64,000 bases of DNA from Chloroflexota bacterium (lineage in GTDB: Bacteria > Chloroflexota > Dehalococcoidia > UBA2979): the NCBI GenBank assembly GCA_027593235.1, contig JAQCIU010000001.1:103132-167131 (forward strand), written 5' to 3'. Positions 18,408-29,172 of this stretch are shown in pieces. Both the position numbers and the translations under genes were made by a program. The first letter of the stretch is position 1; each line of letters opens with the position of its first letter. The notes beneath the pieces are model-generated. The model made no database searches, was not told where the DNA came from, and saw only the letters and a list, made by a program, of their open reading frames with translations.

Positions 18408-18710
18408 CTAGCGCTTCACGCCCGCGATCCAGGTCAGGCGCGTGATCTCCGGCCGCGCGCCGGCGACCCCCTTGAGGTCCTCGCCGAGCTGCTTCATGTG
18501 GTCGCTCGCGCCGTGGGCGGCGGAGGCGTCTTCGCTGTCGTACTGCTCGTAGAAGTAGAAGACCGTCGGGTCCTCGTCCGAGGTATGCAGCTCATACTTC
18601 GGCACGCCCGGCTCGTTCGTGCTGACGGCGGCGACCATCTTCTCGAGGGCTGCGCGCATCTCTGCTTCTTTGCCCTCACGGGCCTGGAGCTTGGCAATCA
18701 CGGTTCGCAT
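18408..18710 (-). CDS. Antibiotic-biosynthesis-monooxygenase (ABM) domain protein
   Basis: 100 aa. MRTVIAKLQAREGKEAEMRAALEKMVAAV...VFYFYEQYDSEDASAAHGASDHMK is a YgiN-like pattern. Confidence 0.85.
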   Translation of the reverse strand: MRTVIAKLQAREGKEAEMRAALEKMVAAVSTNEPGVPKYELHTSDEDPTVFYFYEQYDSEDASAAHGASDHMKQLGEDLKGVAGARPEITRLTWIAGVKR

Positions 18711-18860
18711 CTGGGTCTCCTCGGTGTTGGGTGCGTTGGCAGGCGGAGTCTAGCAAGCGCCGATGCCGCCACCGAGGAGCGCGCCCCGGACGAGGTCGCG
18801 CACTCCGTCAGGCTAGGCTCATGGCAGACGGAGAATGGTGCGGCTCTTGCGGGGGGCGTC

Positions 18861-19496
18861 ATGGGCAAGTGGTGGCTGACGACGCCGATCTTCGTGGCCG
18901 CGGCACTTGCATCGATCACCGCGTGCGGCGGCGGTGCTGACGACGGCGGGTCCGAGCCGACCGCAACCGCAACCGCTACCTCGGCCGCCGCGCCGGCCGC
19001 CGATGACGCCGCCTCGGGCGACGCCACCACCGCCTTCCGCGAGCGAATGACCGCGATCGAGGCCGCCGTCGCCACCTGGCGTGCCGCCGAGACGATCGAG
19101 GACGCTCGCGCCGCCGCCGAGGCTGCTGCCAACCTCGTCGTCGGCCCCGCTGGTCCCGGCTACGGTGACCGCGACGGCAATGGGGCGATCGAGGGCGCAA
19201 GCGACATCGCCCTGCTCCCGGTGCTGGCCGCGCCGCTCGATGCCAACCCCTGCATCGTCGCCGACGTACTCGGTGGCTCGTGGGACGATCCCGAGGCCCG
19301 CTGGAACGCCATGCTCGCCGCCATCGAGGACTGGCGTCCCGACCACAACACCATGCCGAGCCTGCTCAGCCACCCGATGCGGATCGTTGGCTGGGCCACC
19401 TTCACCCTCGCCTCGGACTCCATCGATGAAGCGCACGAGTACGCCGGACACGCGCAGCTCCACGTGAACGTCTCGCTCGCCGCGCTCGATTGCTGA
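18861..19496 (+). CDS. Hypothetical lipoprotein
   Basis: MGKWWLTTPIFVAAALASITAC lipobox. Ala-rich helical mature part. The upstream part of ORF 18174..19496 is antisense to the ABM gene. Confidence 0.6.
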   Translation: MGKWWLTTPIFVAAALASITACGGGADDGGSEPTATATATSAAAPAADDAASGDATTAFRERMTAIEAAVATWRAAETIEDARAAAEAAANLVVGPAGPGYGDRDGNGAIEGASDIALLPVLAAPLDANPCIVADVLGGSWDDPEARWNAMLAAIEDWRPDHNTMPSLLSHPMRIVGWATFTLASDSIDEAHEYAGHAQLHVNVSLAALDC

Positions 19497-19534
19497 GCGC
19501 GGCGGACGAGGTTGGGTGACGCCCCTCCCTGGGT

Positions 19535-20674
19535 TCAGCGCGCGGGAGCGGTCGCCGCGGTGGCGCCGGTCTTCGGGCGTCGCGGACCGGCGGCGGCACG
19601 ATCGGCGACGAGCGACGCGATGCGCTCGGCATCGCGCCCGACGCCGTGGACCATGTTCGAGGACATCGCGTTCAGGAACTCCAGGCCGACGAAATAGAGC
19701 CCCGGCTGATCGTCGGCGACGCCGCGCTGGTGTTTCGGTTCGTGCTCGCCGTGAATGGGCAGATCGATCCATGAGAAGCCGGGGTGGAACCCGGTGCACC
19801 AGATGACGTTGGGCGCATCCAGCACGCGGCCGTCCTCCAGCCGCGGTTGGCCATCCTCGGTCCCGGCGACGCGCGGTACGCGCTCCACGCTCGCCGCTTT
19901 CAGGTCACGGCTCTTCACGCGGATCAGCGGGCCGCCCTCGCTGATCACCTTCGGGCGCATGCGCCGACCCATCGGCGTGCCGACGGTGAGCACGCGGTGG
20001 AAGAGGCCGCGCAGCACCAGCCGCGTAAGCACGCGCCGTCCGAGGAACCCGTCGATGCGGAAAGGGACCTCCCCGACGTCACGGCCGGACAGCCAGACCT
20101 GACGATCGGCGGCGAGTTCGCGCGCGATTTCCGCTCCGGAGTTGCCGGCGCCGACGATCAGGACACCGCCTGGCTGGAGTTGTTCGGGATTGCGGTACTC
20201 GATGGAATGGAGCTGGGTGATCGCCGGCGCGAGTCCAGCGGCGAACGCCGGGACGTGCGGGCTCTGGTGGTTCGACATTGCGACGACCACCTGGTCGGCG
20301 CGCACGGTTCGATCGCCCAGGTTGAGCAGGAAGCCCTCGCCATCGCGGCTGAGCCGTTCGACACGGCGGCCGGTTTGCACCGGCAGCTCGAAGTGCGCGG
20401 CGTAGCTCTCGAGGTAATCGGCCATCGCGTCCTTCGTGACCAGCTCGAAGCGCGGCGCGGGGAACGGCATGCCGTCGAGCCCATCGAAGCGGGCGGGGGT
20501 GAAGAGCCGCAGTGAGTCCCAGCGGTTGCGCCAGACGTCGCCGATCCGCTCGTTGGCATCGAGGATGACGAAGGGGGCGCCCCGCTGCTTCAGGTGGTGG
20601 CCGACCGACAGGCCCGCCTGCCCGGCGCCGATGATCGCGGTGCCAACCTGCTCTGGACTGGATGGTGTCGTCAT
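19535..20674 (-). CDS. FAD/NAD(P)-binding flavin monooxygenase-like oxidoreductase
   Basis: Two dinucleotide-binding motifs: IIGAGQAGLS and LIVGAGNSGAEIA. Confidence 0.88.
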   Translation of the reverse strand: MTTPSSPEQVGTAIIGAGQAGLSVGHHLKQRGAPFVILDANERIGDVWRNRWDSLRLFTPARFDGLDGMPFPAPRFELVTKDAMADYLESYAAHFELPVQTGRRVERLSRDGEGFLLNLGDRTVRADQVVVAMSNHQSPHVPAFAAGLAPAITQLHSIEYRNPEQLQPGGVLIVGAGNSGAEIARELAADRQVWLSGRDVGEVPFRIDGFLGRRVLTRLVLRGLFHRVLTVGTPMGRRMRPKVISEGGPLIRVKSRDLKAASVERVPRVAGTEDGQPRLEDGRVLDAPNVIWCTGFHPGFSWIDLPIHGEHEPKHQRGVADDQPGLYFVGLEFLNAMSSNMVHGVGRDAERIASLVADRAAAGPRRPKTGATAATAPAR

Positions 20675-20807
20675 GGCGGTGCTCCGTACTGCTGACCGGC
20701 GCGAACGCGACGGGTTGCATCAAACGCTACGGAAGGGTGGCGGGCGTGACTTCGATCGAACTGTCCATTTCGCGGCGGGACCGCGTATGGGTGATCTGAT
20801 GTAGTCG

Positions 20808-22436
20808 CTAGAGCAGGTCGTGCTCGTAAGCGTAGGCCGTGGCAGCCGAGCGCGAAGAGAGTCCGAGCTTGCCGAAGATGTTGCTGACGTGGCGCGCGAC
20901 CGTCTTATCGCTGATTGTCAGGTGCTCAGCGATCGCGCGGTTCGTCATCCCGGTGGCGACGAGGCTGAGGATCTTCAGCTCGCGTGGGGTCAGCCAGCCC
21001 GGCGCCGTGCTGGTGCCCCCCTCGGCAGCGAGGCGCGCGAGGTCGTTGGCGGCGCCGAGGTGTTCGAAGGTGTCGCGCGCCGCCGTCCGCTCGGCGGTAG
21101 CGCGCTCGGTGTCGCCCTCGCCGTCGGCGACGCGTGCGAGCAGAACACGGGTGCGCGCGGCCTCGTAGGGGGCGCCAAGCGAGAGCCAGATCGTCAGCGC
21201 CTGCCGGAGCTGTGTGCTCGCTTCGGTCAGATCGTCGTCGGCGAGCGCGATCGCTCCGGCCGCCTGCGCGGCGCTGGCCTCGAGGAACGGCGCGCTGAGC
21301 TGTCCAGCGAGGGCGTTGAGTTCCTCGAGCGAGACGGTCGCGAGCGCCGAGTCATTCGCCGCGAGCGCGATTTCGACGGCGGCGATCAGCAAGCGAGCGC
21401 GGGTCGCCGGGACGTGGTGTTCGTTGAGCGCGTGGCGGATCGCGGTGGTCGCCGCGTCACCGCGTCCCTGATCGAGCCGCAGCAGCGCGAGACCCGGCTC
21501 CGGATCGACGCCGTGATCGGCGGCACGGCGGAATGCTTCCTGCGCTGCCGGCAGCGCGCCAATCAGCCGCTGCAGCTCGCCCTGCCGGTAGTAGGCGTCG
21601 CCGATTTCGGGTCGTGGCGGTTCGGAGAGGATCTGGAAGGCGCGCTGCGTTTCCGCCGCGGCATCCGGCCATGAGCCATGCAACTGCATGATCTCCGCGC
21701 GGTAGAGCAGGCACTTCCCGCGGAACGGAACCAGATCCGGCTGCGACTCGCACCAGCGGTGGAGTGCCTGCGTCCATTCCTGCGCGCGCGCCAGGTCGAA
21801 GAGCTCCTGGCACACCTCGATCACCGCGCAGTAGACGATGCCGGCGACGACCGGGCCGACGTCGCCGGCGAGGACGCTGACCATCGCCTCGTCGAGCAAC
21901 GCCGCGCCGCGTACCGGTTCGCCGAGGCGTATCAGCGACTGCCCCTGACCAAGCCGTCCGAGGGTGGCCAGGTCCAGATCGTCGAAGCGTTCGCCGATCG
22001 CCGCCAGTTCCTCGAAGTGCTTGATCGCCTCCGCCGGGTTGCGCTCCTCGAGCAGTTGCAGCGCGCCGGGGAGTTTCAAGTAGCCATGTACCGGGGAATC
22101 CACGCCCGAGCGATCGAGGATGCGCTCCGTCCGCGCGAACCAGCCGCCAGCCTGCGCAGGCTCTCCGCGCTGGACCATCCCGAACGCTAACCAGAACGCA
22201 CAGCGCGCAGCGGATCCCGGGTCATCCGCCGCGAGGTAGCCGTGGTGCGCGCGCTCCCAGAGCGCCGCGCTGCGGTCGTCCTCGGCGATCAGGTAGGCGA
22301 CGACGGCGAACCGTTCGAGGTCTGGCGGGAGCAGGGTGCCAGCGCTGTCCGCCGCCTCAAGTGTGGCGAACGCGCTGCCCCAGTCGCGCGCGACGACGGC
22401 GTCGCGGCCGATGTTCCCGTCGCTCGGTCCGTTCAT
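20808..22436 (-). CDS. LuxR-family transcriptional regulator with a large TPR/MalT-like sensor domain (no NTPase domain)
   Basis: C-terminal HTH LTPRELKILSLVATGMTNRAIAEHLTISDKTVARHVSNIFGKLG. Confidence 0.88.
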   Translation of the reverse strand: MNGPSDGNIGRDAVVARDWGSAFATLEAADSAGTLLPPDLERFAVVAYLIAEDDRSAALWERAHHGYLAADDPGSAARCAFWLAFGMVQRGEPAQAGGWFARTERILDRSGVDSPVHGYLKLPGALQLLEERNPAEAIKHFEELAAIGERFDDLDLATLGRLGQGQSLIRLGEPVRGAALLDEAMVSVLAGDVGPVVAGIVYCAVIEVCQELFDLARAQEWTQALHRWCESQPDLVPFRGKCLLYRAEIMQLHGSWPDAAAETQRAFQILSEPPRPEIGDAYYRQGELQRLIGALPAAQEAFRRAADHGVDPEPGLALLRLDQGRGDAATTAIRHALNEHHVPATRARLLIAAVEIALAANDSALATVSLEELNALAGQLSAPFLEASAAQAAGAIALADDDLTEASTQLRQALTIWLSLGAPYEAARTRVLLARVADGEGDTERATAERTAARDTFEHLGAANDLARLAAEGGTSTAPGWLTPRELKILSLVATGMTNRAIAEHLTISDKTVARHVSNIFGKLGLSSRSAATAYAYEHDLL

Positions 22437-22581
22437 GACAGCTCGCGCTCCGTCCGGCCTGTGCCGGGATGATAGGGGGACAGCGGGTCGCCATGGTCGC
22501 GGCGGCGCCTCGACCGCACCTCGACGCCACCACGCTCGCCGCTATGCTCCGTCGAGACCAAGCGGGTACGAGGGGGACGGC

Positions 22582-24063
22582 ATGCCTGATGTGATCGTGG
22601 TCGGCGCGGGGAACGCGGCGATGTGCGCCGCACTGGCGGCGCGCGAGCGCGGCGCCGAGGTGGTGGTCCTCGAAAAGGCCGAACGCGGCGAGCGCGGCGG
22701 CAACACCTTCTTCACCGGCGGCGGCTACCGCTTCCCGTACCGCGGCATCGAGGACATCCAGGGGCTGATCCCGGATCTGTCGGAGGCGGAGCTGGCACGC
22801 ATCGATGTGGGTTCGTACCCGGAGTCGGAGATGCGCTCCGACCTGATGCGGGTGACGGAGAGCAAGGCCGATCCGGCGATGGTCGATCACCTGGTGACCC
22901 AGGCGTACCCCACGATGCGCTGGCTGCACGAGCAGCACGGCATGAAGTGGGTACTGATGTACGGCCGCCAGGCCTACGAGGTGGACGGCAAGCTGCGCTT
23001 CTGGGGCGGGATGATCACCGAGGGTGTCGGCGGCGGCGAAGGCATCTCGGAACAGGAGTTCGCGGCCGCCGAGCGCGCCGGCATCGAGATCCGCTACGGC
23101 GCGAAGGCGACGGCGCTGCTCACCGATGAGCACACCGGCCGGGTCACCGGCGTCCGCGTCCAGACCACGGGCCAGCTCGAGGACCTGCACGCGAAGTCCG
23201 TCGTCCTTGCCGCCGGCGGCTTCGAGGCGAACGTCGAGATGCGGACGCGCTACCTCGGGGCGGGTTGGGAGTTCGCGAAGGTACGCGGAACGCGACATAA
23301 CACCGGCGAGGTGATTCGCCAGGCCCTCGAGATTGGGGCGCAGCCGTACGGGCACTGGTCGAGCGGGCACGCCGTGGCGTGGGACCTCAATGCGCCGCCG
23401 ACGGGCAACCGGCGGGTGGGCGACCTCTACCAGAAGCACTCGTACCCGCTGGGGCTGATCGTCAACATCAACGGCGACCGCTTCGTGGACGAGGGGGCGG
23501 ACCTCCGCAACTACACCTACGCGAAATACGGCCGCGAGATCCTGAAGCAGCCGTACAGCGTGGCGTTCCAGCTCTTCGATCAGCAGACCGTGGCGATGCT
23601 CCGCGACGAGTACCGCATCCGCGAGATCACGAAGGGCGAGGGCGACACGATCGAGGCGCTCGCCGACAGCCTCGGGATCGAGGTCAACGGCCTCGTCAGC
23701 ACCGTCGAGGCGTACAACGCTGCCTGCCAGCCCGGCGAGTTCAACCCGGCCGTCCGCGACGGCCTCCACACCGAGGGCATCGATCCGCCGAAGTCGAACT
23801 GGGCGCTGCCGCTGAACCAGCCCCCGTACTTCGGCGTCGCCGTCACCTGCGGCGTCACGTTCACCTTCGGCGGCCTCCGCATCGAGGCGAAGACGGCGCA
23901 GGTCCTCGATACGGAGGATCGCCCGATGCCGGGCCTCTACGCCGCGGGCGAGCTGGTCGGCGGGTTGTTCTACCACAACTACGCGGGCGGGACGGGGCTG
24001 ATGTCAGGGTCGGTGTTTGGCCGTTCGGCGGGGTACGCGGCCGCGGAAGCGGCGCTCGCCTAG
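22582..24063 (+). CDS. FAD-dependent oxidoreductase (TcuA / fumarate-reductase flavoprotein-like)
   Basis: MPDVIVVGAGNAAMCAALAARERGAEVVVLEKA... and C-terminal ...GLYAAGELVGGLFYHNYAGGTGL. Confidence 0.85.
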   Translation: MPDVIVVGAGNAAMCAALAARERGAEVVVLEKAERGERGGNTFFTGGGYRFPYRGIEDIQGLIPDLSEAELARIDVGSYPESEMRSDLMRVTESKADPAMVDHLVTQAYPTMRWLHEQHGMKWVLMYGRQAYEVDGKLRFWGGMITEGVGGGEGISEQEFAAAERAGIEIRYGAKATALLTDEHTGRVTGVRVQTTGQLEDLHAKSVVLAAGGFEANVEMRTRYLGAGWEFAKVRGTRHNTGEVIRQALEIGAQPYGHWSSGHAVAWDLNAPPTGNRRVGDLYQKHSYPLGLIVNINGDRFVDEGADLRNYTYAKYGREILKQPYSVAFQLFDQQTVAMLRDEYRIREITKGEGDTIEALADSLGIEVNGLVSTVEAYNAACQPGEFNPAVRDGLHTEGIDPPKSNWALPLNQPPYFGVAVTCGVTFTFGGLRIEAKTAQVLDTEDRPMPGLYAAGELVGGLFYHNYAGGTGLMSGSVFGRSAGYAAAEAALA

Positions 24064-24079
24064 CGGGTAGGTGCGGGGG

Positions 24080-24664
24080 CTACTCGCGGTCCAGCCATTT
24101 CTCGACATAGACGGGCTGGAACGCCTCGATGGCGGCGAGTAGGGCGGGGACATCGCCCTCGACGATCAGGGCGTCCCGCTGCGATTCGGCGAGGAAGCGC
24201 TCGCGGACCGCGCCGTCGATGAACTCCAGCAGCGGATCGAAGTAGCCAGCGATGTTGAAGAGCGCGCACGGCTTCTGGTGCAGGCCGAGTTGTGACCACG
24301 TGAGCACTTCGAAGAACTCGTCGATCGTTCCGAAGCCGCCGGGCATCGCGACGAAGGCGTCCGACAACTCCACCATCATTGCCTTGCGCGCGTGCATGCA
24401 GTCGACCGTGTGAAGCTCGGTCAGCCCGGGGTGGGCGACCTCGTGGCTGACCAGCGATTCCGGGAGCACGCCGATCACCTCGCCGCCGGCCTCCAGGGCG
24501 GCGTTGGCCAGGATGCCCATCAGCCCTACGTTCGCGCCGCCGTAGACCAGCCCCGTCCCGCGGCCGGCCAGCGCCACGCCGAGTGACTGAGCGGCGATGC
24601 GGTAGTCGTCGCGGCGGCCCGGACTGGATCCGGTGAAGACGCAGATGCGGCGAAGCGGGGCCAT
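24080..24664 (-). CDS. LOG-family cytokinin riboside 5'-monophosphate phosphoribohydrolase (TIGR00730)
   Basis: ...VYGGANVGLMG... and PGGFGTIDEF motifs. Confidence 0.9.
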   Translation of the reverse strand: MAPLRRICVFTGSSPGRRDDYRIAAQSLGVALAGRGTGLVYGGANVGLMGILANAALEAGGEVIGVLPESLVSHEVAHPGLTELHTVDCMHARKAMMVELSDAFVAMPGGFGTIDEFFEVLTWSQLGLHQKPCALFNIAGYFDPLLEFIDGAVRERFLAESQRDALIVEGDVPALLAAIEAFQPVYVEKWLDRE

Positions 24665-24804
24665 TTCTCCACCCAACGTTCGTCCGACCGCCGCTCGCCG
24701 CGTTGCGTGATCGGTCGTCCGAGGATGCGTGGAAGATCCGAACGGCGCACCTCACACCTCACTCCACCGCACGGTGTAGGCTCGCGAGGCGGAAGGGACT
24801 CTCC

Positions 24805-25857
24805 ATGGCCGAACCGGTCCAGTTCGGGCTGAATCGCTGGAACTTCAGTTCGCCTGCATCGTTCGCGCTCGATGTGCGAGAGGGCGAGGAGCAGGGCTGG
24901 AAACTGGCGCTGATCCCGTCGTCGCCGCTGCTGGTGCCGGACCCGTACGTGATGCTGGCCTTCGCGGCGCGGGGAACCGATCGGATCAAGCTGGGTCCGT
25001 TCATCGAGAACCCCGTGATGCGACACCCGGCGGTACTCGCCTCCTCGATCGCGACCGTTGACGCCGTCGCCAGCGGGCGCACGTTGCTGACGCTGGGATC
25101 GGGCGACACCTCCGTGCGGCTGATGGGCAAGCGCCCGGCGAAGGTCGTGGAGCTGGAGGAGGCGACGCAGCTTGCGCGCCAGCTCCTCTCCGGCGAGAAC
25201 GTCGATACCGGGGCACGCCAGCCCGCACGGTTGCGGCACGCCCGCCGCGTCCCCGTCTGGATCGCCGCCGGCGGGCCGCGCACGTTGCGCATGGCCGGCC
25301 GCGTCGCCGACGGCGTCTTCATCCGCGTCGGCCGCCACGAGGCGAACCTGCGCGCGGCCGTGGAGGCCGTGCACGCCGGGGCCCGCGAGGTCGGTCGTGA
25401 CTCTTCGGACGTGCAGATCGGCGTGGTACTGCACACGCTGCTGACCAACGATCACGCCTATGCGGCACGCGTCGGACGCGCGATCGCGGCGGGTTTCTAC
25501 GAGTACTCGCCGATGCTGTTCGAGGGCGCCGGCCTCGAATGGGGCGGACCGGACGTGAAGTCGTTGCGGGACCGCGTCTGGCCGGACTTCCACCACGCCG
25601 AGGACCTGGCCGCCGCCGGTAAGGTCGTCGACTTCCTGAGCGACGAAGCCGCCGCGGCCTTCGCGGTGAGCGGCGGCACCGACGAGCTGGTGACGCAGCT
25701 TCGAGGCGTGCTCAAGCTCGGCTTGCCGATTTCGACGGTCGTGATCCACCGCCTCCCGGGCAACCCGGGAGCGAAGGCCGTGCGCGGTGCGCGCGGCTGG
25801 AAAGAGATCGTGGCGCGCGACGTGCTCGAACGGCTGCAGCCGGTCGCGATCGACTAG
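24805..25857 (+). CDS. Luciferase-like (LLM class) flavin/F420-dependent oxidoreductase
   Basis: TIM-barrel LLM pattern (...[14 protein letters not shown]...[22 protein letters not shown]). Confidence 0.8.
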   Translation: MAEPVQFGLNRWNFSSPASFALDVREGEEQGWKLALIPSSPLLVPDPYVMLAFAARGTDRIKLGPFIENPVMRHPAVLASSIATVDAVASGRTLLTLGSGDTSVRLMGKRPAKVVELEEATQLARQLLSGENVDTGARQPARLRHARRVPVWIAAGGPRTLRMAGRVADGVFIRVGRHEANLRAAVEAVHAGAREVGRDSSDVQIGVVLHTLLTNDHAYAARVGRAIAAGFYEYSPMLFEGAGLEWGGPDVKSLRDRVWPDFHHAEDLAAAGKVVDFLSDEAAAAFAVSGGTDELVTQLRGVLKLGLPISTVVIHRLPGNPGAKAVRGARGWKEIVARDVLERLQPVAID

Positions 25858-26390
25858 CGCTTCTTCGGCTTGCCCGCCTGCGCCAGCAGCTCCGCGTAGG
25901 CCTCGTGGTTTGCCGCGTTGAAGCAGACCAGCGTGACCTCGTCGATGTTGGCGTTCACCTCGAGGACCTCGCGGATCGCTGCGAGGGCGATCGCGGCGGC
26001 GCGGCGGATCGGGAAGCCGTAGAGGCCCGTGCTGATCGAGGGGAACGCGATCGTGCGCGCCCCCAGTTCGAGGGCGAGCGCGAGCGAGTTGCGGTAGCAA
26101 GCGACGAGCGTCGCGTCCTCGCCGTTGTCGCCGCCACGCCAGATCGGTCCGACGGTGTGAATGATCAGCGCCGCCGGCAGCGCGTAGCCCGCGGTCGCAC
26201 GCGCCTCGCCCGGCGGGCAGCCACCGAGGTCGCGACAGGCATCGAGGAGTGCGGGGCCTGCCGCCGCGTGGATCGCGCCGTCCACGCCGCCGCCGCCACG
26301 CAGCTCGGCATTCGCGGCGTTGACGATCGCGTCGACCTCCAGGGTCGTGATGTCGTCGCGGATCAGGCGGATGCGGGGGTCCGCGGTCAC
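25854..26390 (-). CDS. Macro-domain protein (O-acetyl-ADP-ribose deacetylase, YmdB-like)
   Basis: ...[30 protein letters not shown]...[14 protein letters not shown]. Confidence 0.92.
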   Translation of the reverse strand: MTADPRIRLIRDDITTLEVDAIVNAANAELRGGGGVDGAIHAAAGPALLDACRDLGGCPPGEARATAGYALPAALIIHTVGPIWRGGDNGEDATLVACYRNSLALALELGARTIAFPSISTGLYGFPIRRAAAIALAAIREVLEVNANIDEVTLVCFNAANHEAYAELLAQAGKPKKR

Positions 26391-27466
26391 GGCTCCGGTT
26401 CCGTTCCGTCGACGGCTTCGACCACGATCTCGGTCAGCTCCTCGGCAGCGCGTTCGCTGTAGCCGAAGAGGTCACGCATCTTCAGGTCGAGCGACCACAT
26501 CGCGACCAGCCCGGTCGCGCCGATCCAGACCATCAGCAGCAGGCGGGAGCCAATCGCGTAACTGGAAGCATCGAGGCGGGTCGATCCGAGCAGCACCAGC
26601 ACCTCGGTCACGGCGACCTCGTAGGGGCCGATGCTCCAGGGGGTGAGCGGGATCGCCTGCGCCATGTTGGCGGCGATCATCACGGTCAGCGCCTCGGAGA
26701 AGGCGAGCTCGATGCCGAAGGCCTTGCCCATGTACCACCAGACGCCAACCTCCAGCAGCCAGGCAAAGACAGAGAGGGCGACGGCGATCACGGCGCTGCG
26801 CCAGTCGCTGAGCGCCGTCATGCCGGTCACCCACTGACCGAGCCAGCGGTTCACGTGCGGGCGTGCCCGTCGCGGGACCAGTAGCCGCCAGACGCTGTTG
26901 TCGACGGACCAGCTATTCCCTCGGCGGGCGGCGCGGATCGAGACGGAGGCGACGAGCAGCACGACCGCTGCCAGCGCACCGACCCCCGGTCGCAGCGAGG
27001 TGGGGAGATCGAAGATCAGCAGCCCGCCGAACGCAAGCAGCACGAACGCGACGCCATCGAGCAGCGACTCGACGAGGAAGACGCTGCTCGCCATCTCCGC
27101 GCGCGGAACGCCGTAACGGCGGCTGGGCAGCTCGACGCGCAGCAGATCGCCGGCCCGCAACGGCACGATCGCGTTCGCGAGGTTGGACACCAGGAACAGC
27201 TCAAAGAGGCGGCGGAACGGGATCCCCTTGCGGTGGCGGAGGAACCAGCGCCAGCGGTAGGCGTGCACGAACTTCGACAGCGAGAAGGTGAGCGTGCCAG
27301 CGAGCGCCCACTTCAGTTGGAGCTCCGGCAGGTTGCGGACGGCGCCGACGACATCGACGCGCCAGAGGAAGGCGGCGAGGATGAAGCCGCCGAGGAAGAG
27401 CTGGACAAGGATCGCGGTGCGCCAACGCCGGCTTGCCGGTGCCGCTGTCACGCCTGGGGTCTTCAC
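26387..27466 (-). CDS. Flippase-like membrane protein (UPF0104 / lysylphosphatidylglycerol-synthase TM-region family)
   Basis: About 8 TM. ...[22 protein letters not shown]... motif. GTG start at 27466 chosen. ATGA overlap with the macro gene. Confidence 0.7.
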   Translation of the reverse strand: MKTPGVTAAPASRRWRTAILVQLFLGGFILAAFLWRVDVVGAVRNLPELQLKWALAGTLTFSLSKFVHAYRWRWFLRHRKGIPFRRLFELFLVSNLANAIVPLRAGDLLRVELPSRRYGVPRAEMASSVFLVESLLDGVAFVLLAFGGLLIFDLPTSLRPGVGALAAVVLLVASVSIRAARRGNSWSVDNSVWRLLVPRRARPHVNRWLGQWVTGMTALSDWRSAVIAVALSVFAWLLEVGVWWYMGKAFGIELAFSEALTVMIAANMAQAIPLTPWSIGPYEVAVTEVLVLLGSTRLDASSYAIGSRLLLMVWIGATGLVAMWSLDLKMRDLFGYSERAAEELTEIVVEAVDGTEPEP

Positions 27467-27674
27467 GCGGCACGGACCAGCGACCCACCGATCGGCGCGG
27501 GCAACCCCGGCTCGGGTCGAGGCCGGGTGGTGGCGAATATCGGCGCGCGTTCGCGCGAGCGTGGGCGGTCCGGCATCGTGCAACAGCGTAACCCCGGGAC
27601 AGGCGCGAATCGCCGATCACCGGAGGATGACACGCGCATCATCCGCCGGTCCCGTGGACTGTCCGAGGAGCGAC

Positions 27675-29048
27675 ATGGACGACGCTGGTGCAGCGCGTAA
27701 GCCCGGCGACCCGGGAGCACCTCCCGCACCGGCGACGGCGCGGGTGCCGGTGCGCGCGATCTCGCTGCTGCTCCCTTCGGCGCTGAACCTGGGCATCGCG
27801 CAACTGCTGGCGCCGGTGTTGAACGCGCTGCTCGCACGCACCTCCGATCCGGAAGCGGCGATTGGCGGCTTCGCCGTTGCGCTGGGCATCAGCGGGTTGA
27901 TCGCGGTGCCGCAGCTCCGTATCCAGCACCTGACGCTCGTGTTCCTCGAGGGCCGGTCGTCGCTGTTGGCGTTGCGCCGCTTCGTCGCTGTGTTTGTCGT
28001 GGCGGTCAGTGCGGTCGCGCTGTTGGTGGCGCTCACGCCGCTGTCCGGCCTGGTGCTCGGCCGCTTGTTCGCCACCGAGGGCAACATCCGCGACGAGGCG
28101 GCGGTGTCGCTCATCGCGCTGATCCCGTTCCCCGCGCTGACCGTCGCGCGCATGCACCTCTACGGAATCGCGCTCCGCTCGGAACGTCCGAGGGTGGTCT
28201 GGGCCGGCACCGTCGGCGGCGCCACGGCGGTGCTCGCCACCGCCTCGGTACTGCTCGCGCTCGGCGTCGATGGCGCGCCGGTCGCCGCGATCGCCGTCAG
28301 CGTCGGCGCGGCCCTCGAGGTCGCAGGGCTGTCGGTGCTGGCGGGCGGCCTCGGATCGGATCGCCTCGTGTCGATCGAGGCGCCCAGCCAGCGCGCCCTG
28401 CTGGTGTTCTTCACGCCGCTGCTATTCGCTGCGTTCCTCCCCGCCGTCAGCACGCCGCTAATCACCGCGACGATCGCGCGCGCGCCTGAGGCGGACGTCT
28501 CGCTGGCCGCCTTCCCGCTCGCGATGAGCGTCTTCACCTTCGTCACGCTGATCGCCGGCGGCGTGCAACCGACAGTGCTCTCGCAGTTCAGCCGCGGCGA
28601 CGATCCTCGCGGCATCCGGCGCTTCGCCGTCATCGTGGGCTTCGTCGCGATGATCGGCGGGTTGCTCGTGGCCTGGGTGCCGCCGCTGACGGAGCTGGTG
28701 ATCGCCGACATGCTCGGCGCGTCCGGTCGGCTGTTCGATCTGTCGGTGGTGGGCCTGCGCGTGCTCTCGTTCCTGCCGCCGCTGCTCACCGTGGAGCAGC
28801 TCTACGCCGCAGTGCTGTTGCACACGAAGCGCACTCGAGCGCTGGTCTGGGTGAACGCCTGGCGCCTGCTCGGGCTGGTTCTCTATGTGGTGCTGGTACT
28901 TCGGCTGACCGACTGGTCAGGGGCGGCGGTGGGCGCCGGCGCGATCTCGTTCACGCTGGCGCTGGAGGCCGTGGTCGCCGTGCTCTACGGCCGAGGGCCG
29001 TTCCTCGGCATGTTGCGGGCGGCGTCTCCGCGGCACCCCTCGCGCTGA
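27675..29048 (+). CDS. Multi-pass membrane protein, MOP/MATE flippase-superfamily-like
   Basis: About 12-14 TM helices. GAGGAG SD 4 nt before ATG 27675 (ATG 27627 is an alternative). Confidence 0.55.
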   Translation: MDDAGAARKPGDPGAPPAPATARVPVRAISLLLPSALNLGIAQLLAPVLNALLARTSDPEAAIGGFAVALGISGLIAVPQLRIQHLTLVFLEGRSSLLALRRFVAVFVVAVSAVALLVALTPLSGLVLGRLFATEGNIRDEAAVSLIALIPFPALTVARMHLYGIALRSERPRVVWAGTVGGATAVLATASVLLALGVDGAPVAAIAVSVGAALEVAGLSVLAGGLGSDRLVSIEAPSQRALLVFFTPLLFAAFLPAVSTPLITATIARAPEADVSLAAFPLAMSVFTFVTLIAGGVQPTVLSQFSRGDDPRGIRRFAVIVGFVAMIGGLLVAWVPPLTELVIADMLGASGRLFDLSVVGLRVLSFLPPLLTVEQLYAAVLLHTKRTRALVWVNAWRLLGLVLYVVLVLRLTDWSGAAVGAGAISFTLALEAVVAVLYGRGPFLGMLRAASPRHPSR

Positions 29049-29054
29049 TCCGCG

Positions 29055-29102
29055 CAAGTGCCATCGAGGGCGGGCAAGCGCCATCGAGGGCGGGCGAGCG
29101 CC
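29055..29102. repeat. 20-bp tandem repeat, about 2.4 copies
   Basis: caagtgccatcgagggcggg / caagcgccatcgagggcggg / cgagcgcc..., starting 7 bp after the preceding stop codon. Confidence 0.8.
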
Positions 29103-29172
29103 GCCGGACGGACGCCGGACCGGCGCGCGGCGCGGTAGGCTCTGGGCCAGGCCCAGCTTCGGGAGGTGGACC

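Noticed and set aside
25854-25857. Convergent genes sharing a palindromic CTAG stop (also at 13962-13965)
   Set aside because: This is a trivial consequence of tight packing and carries no regulatory implication on its own.
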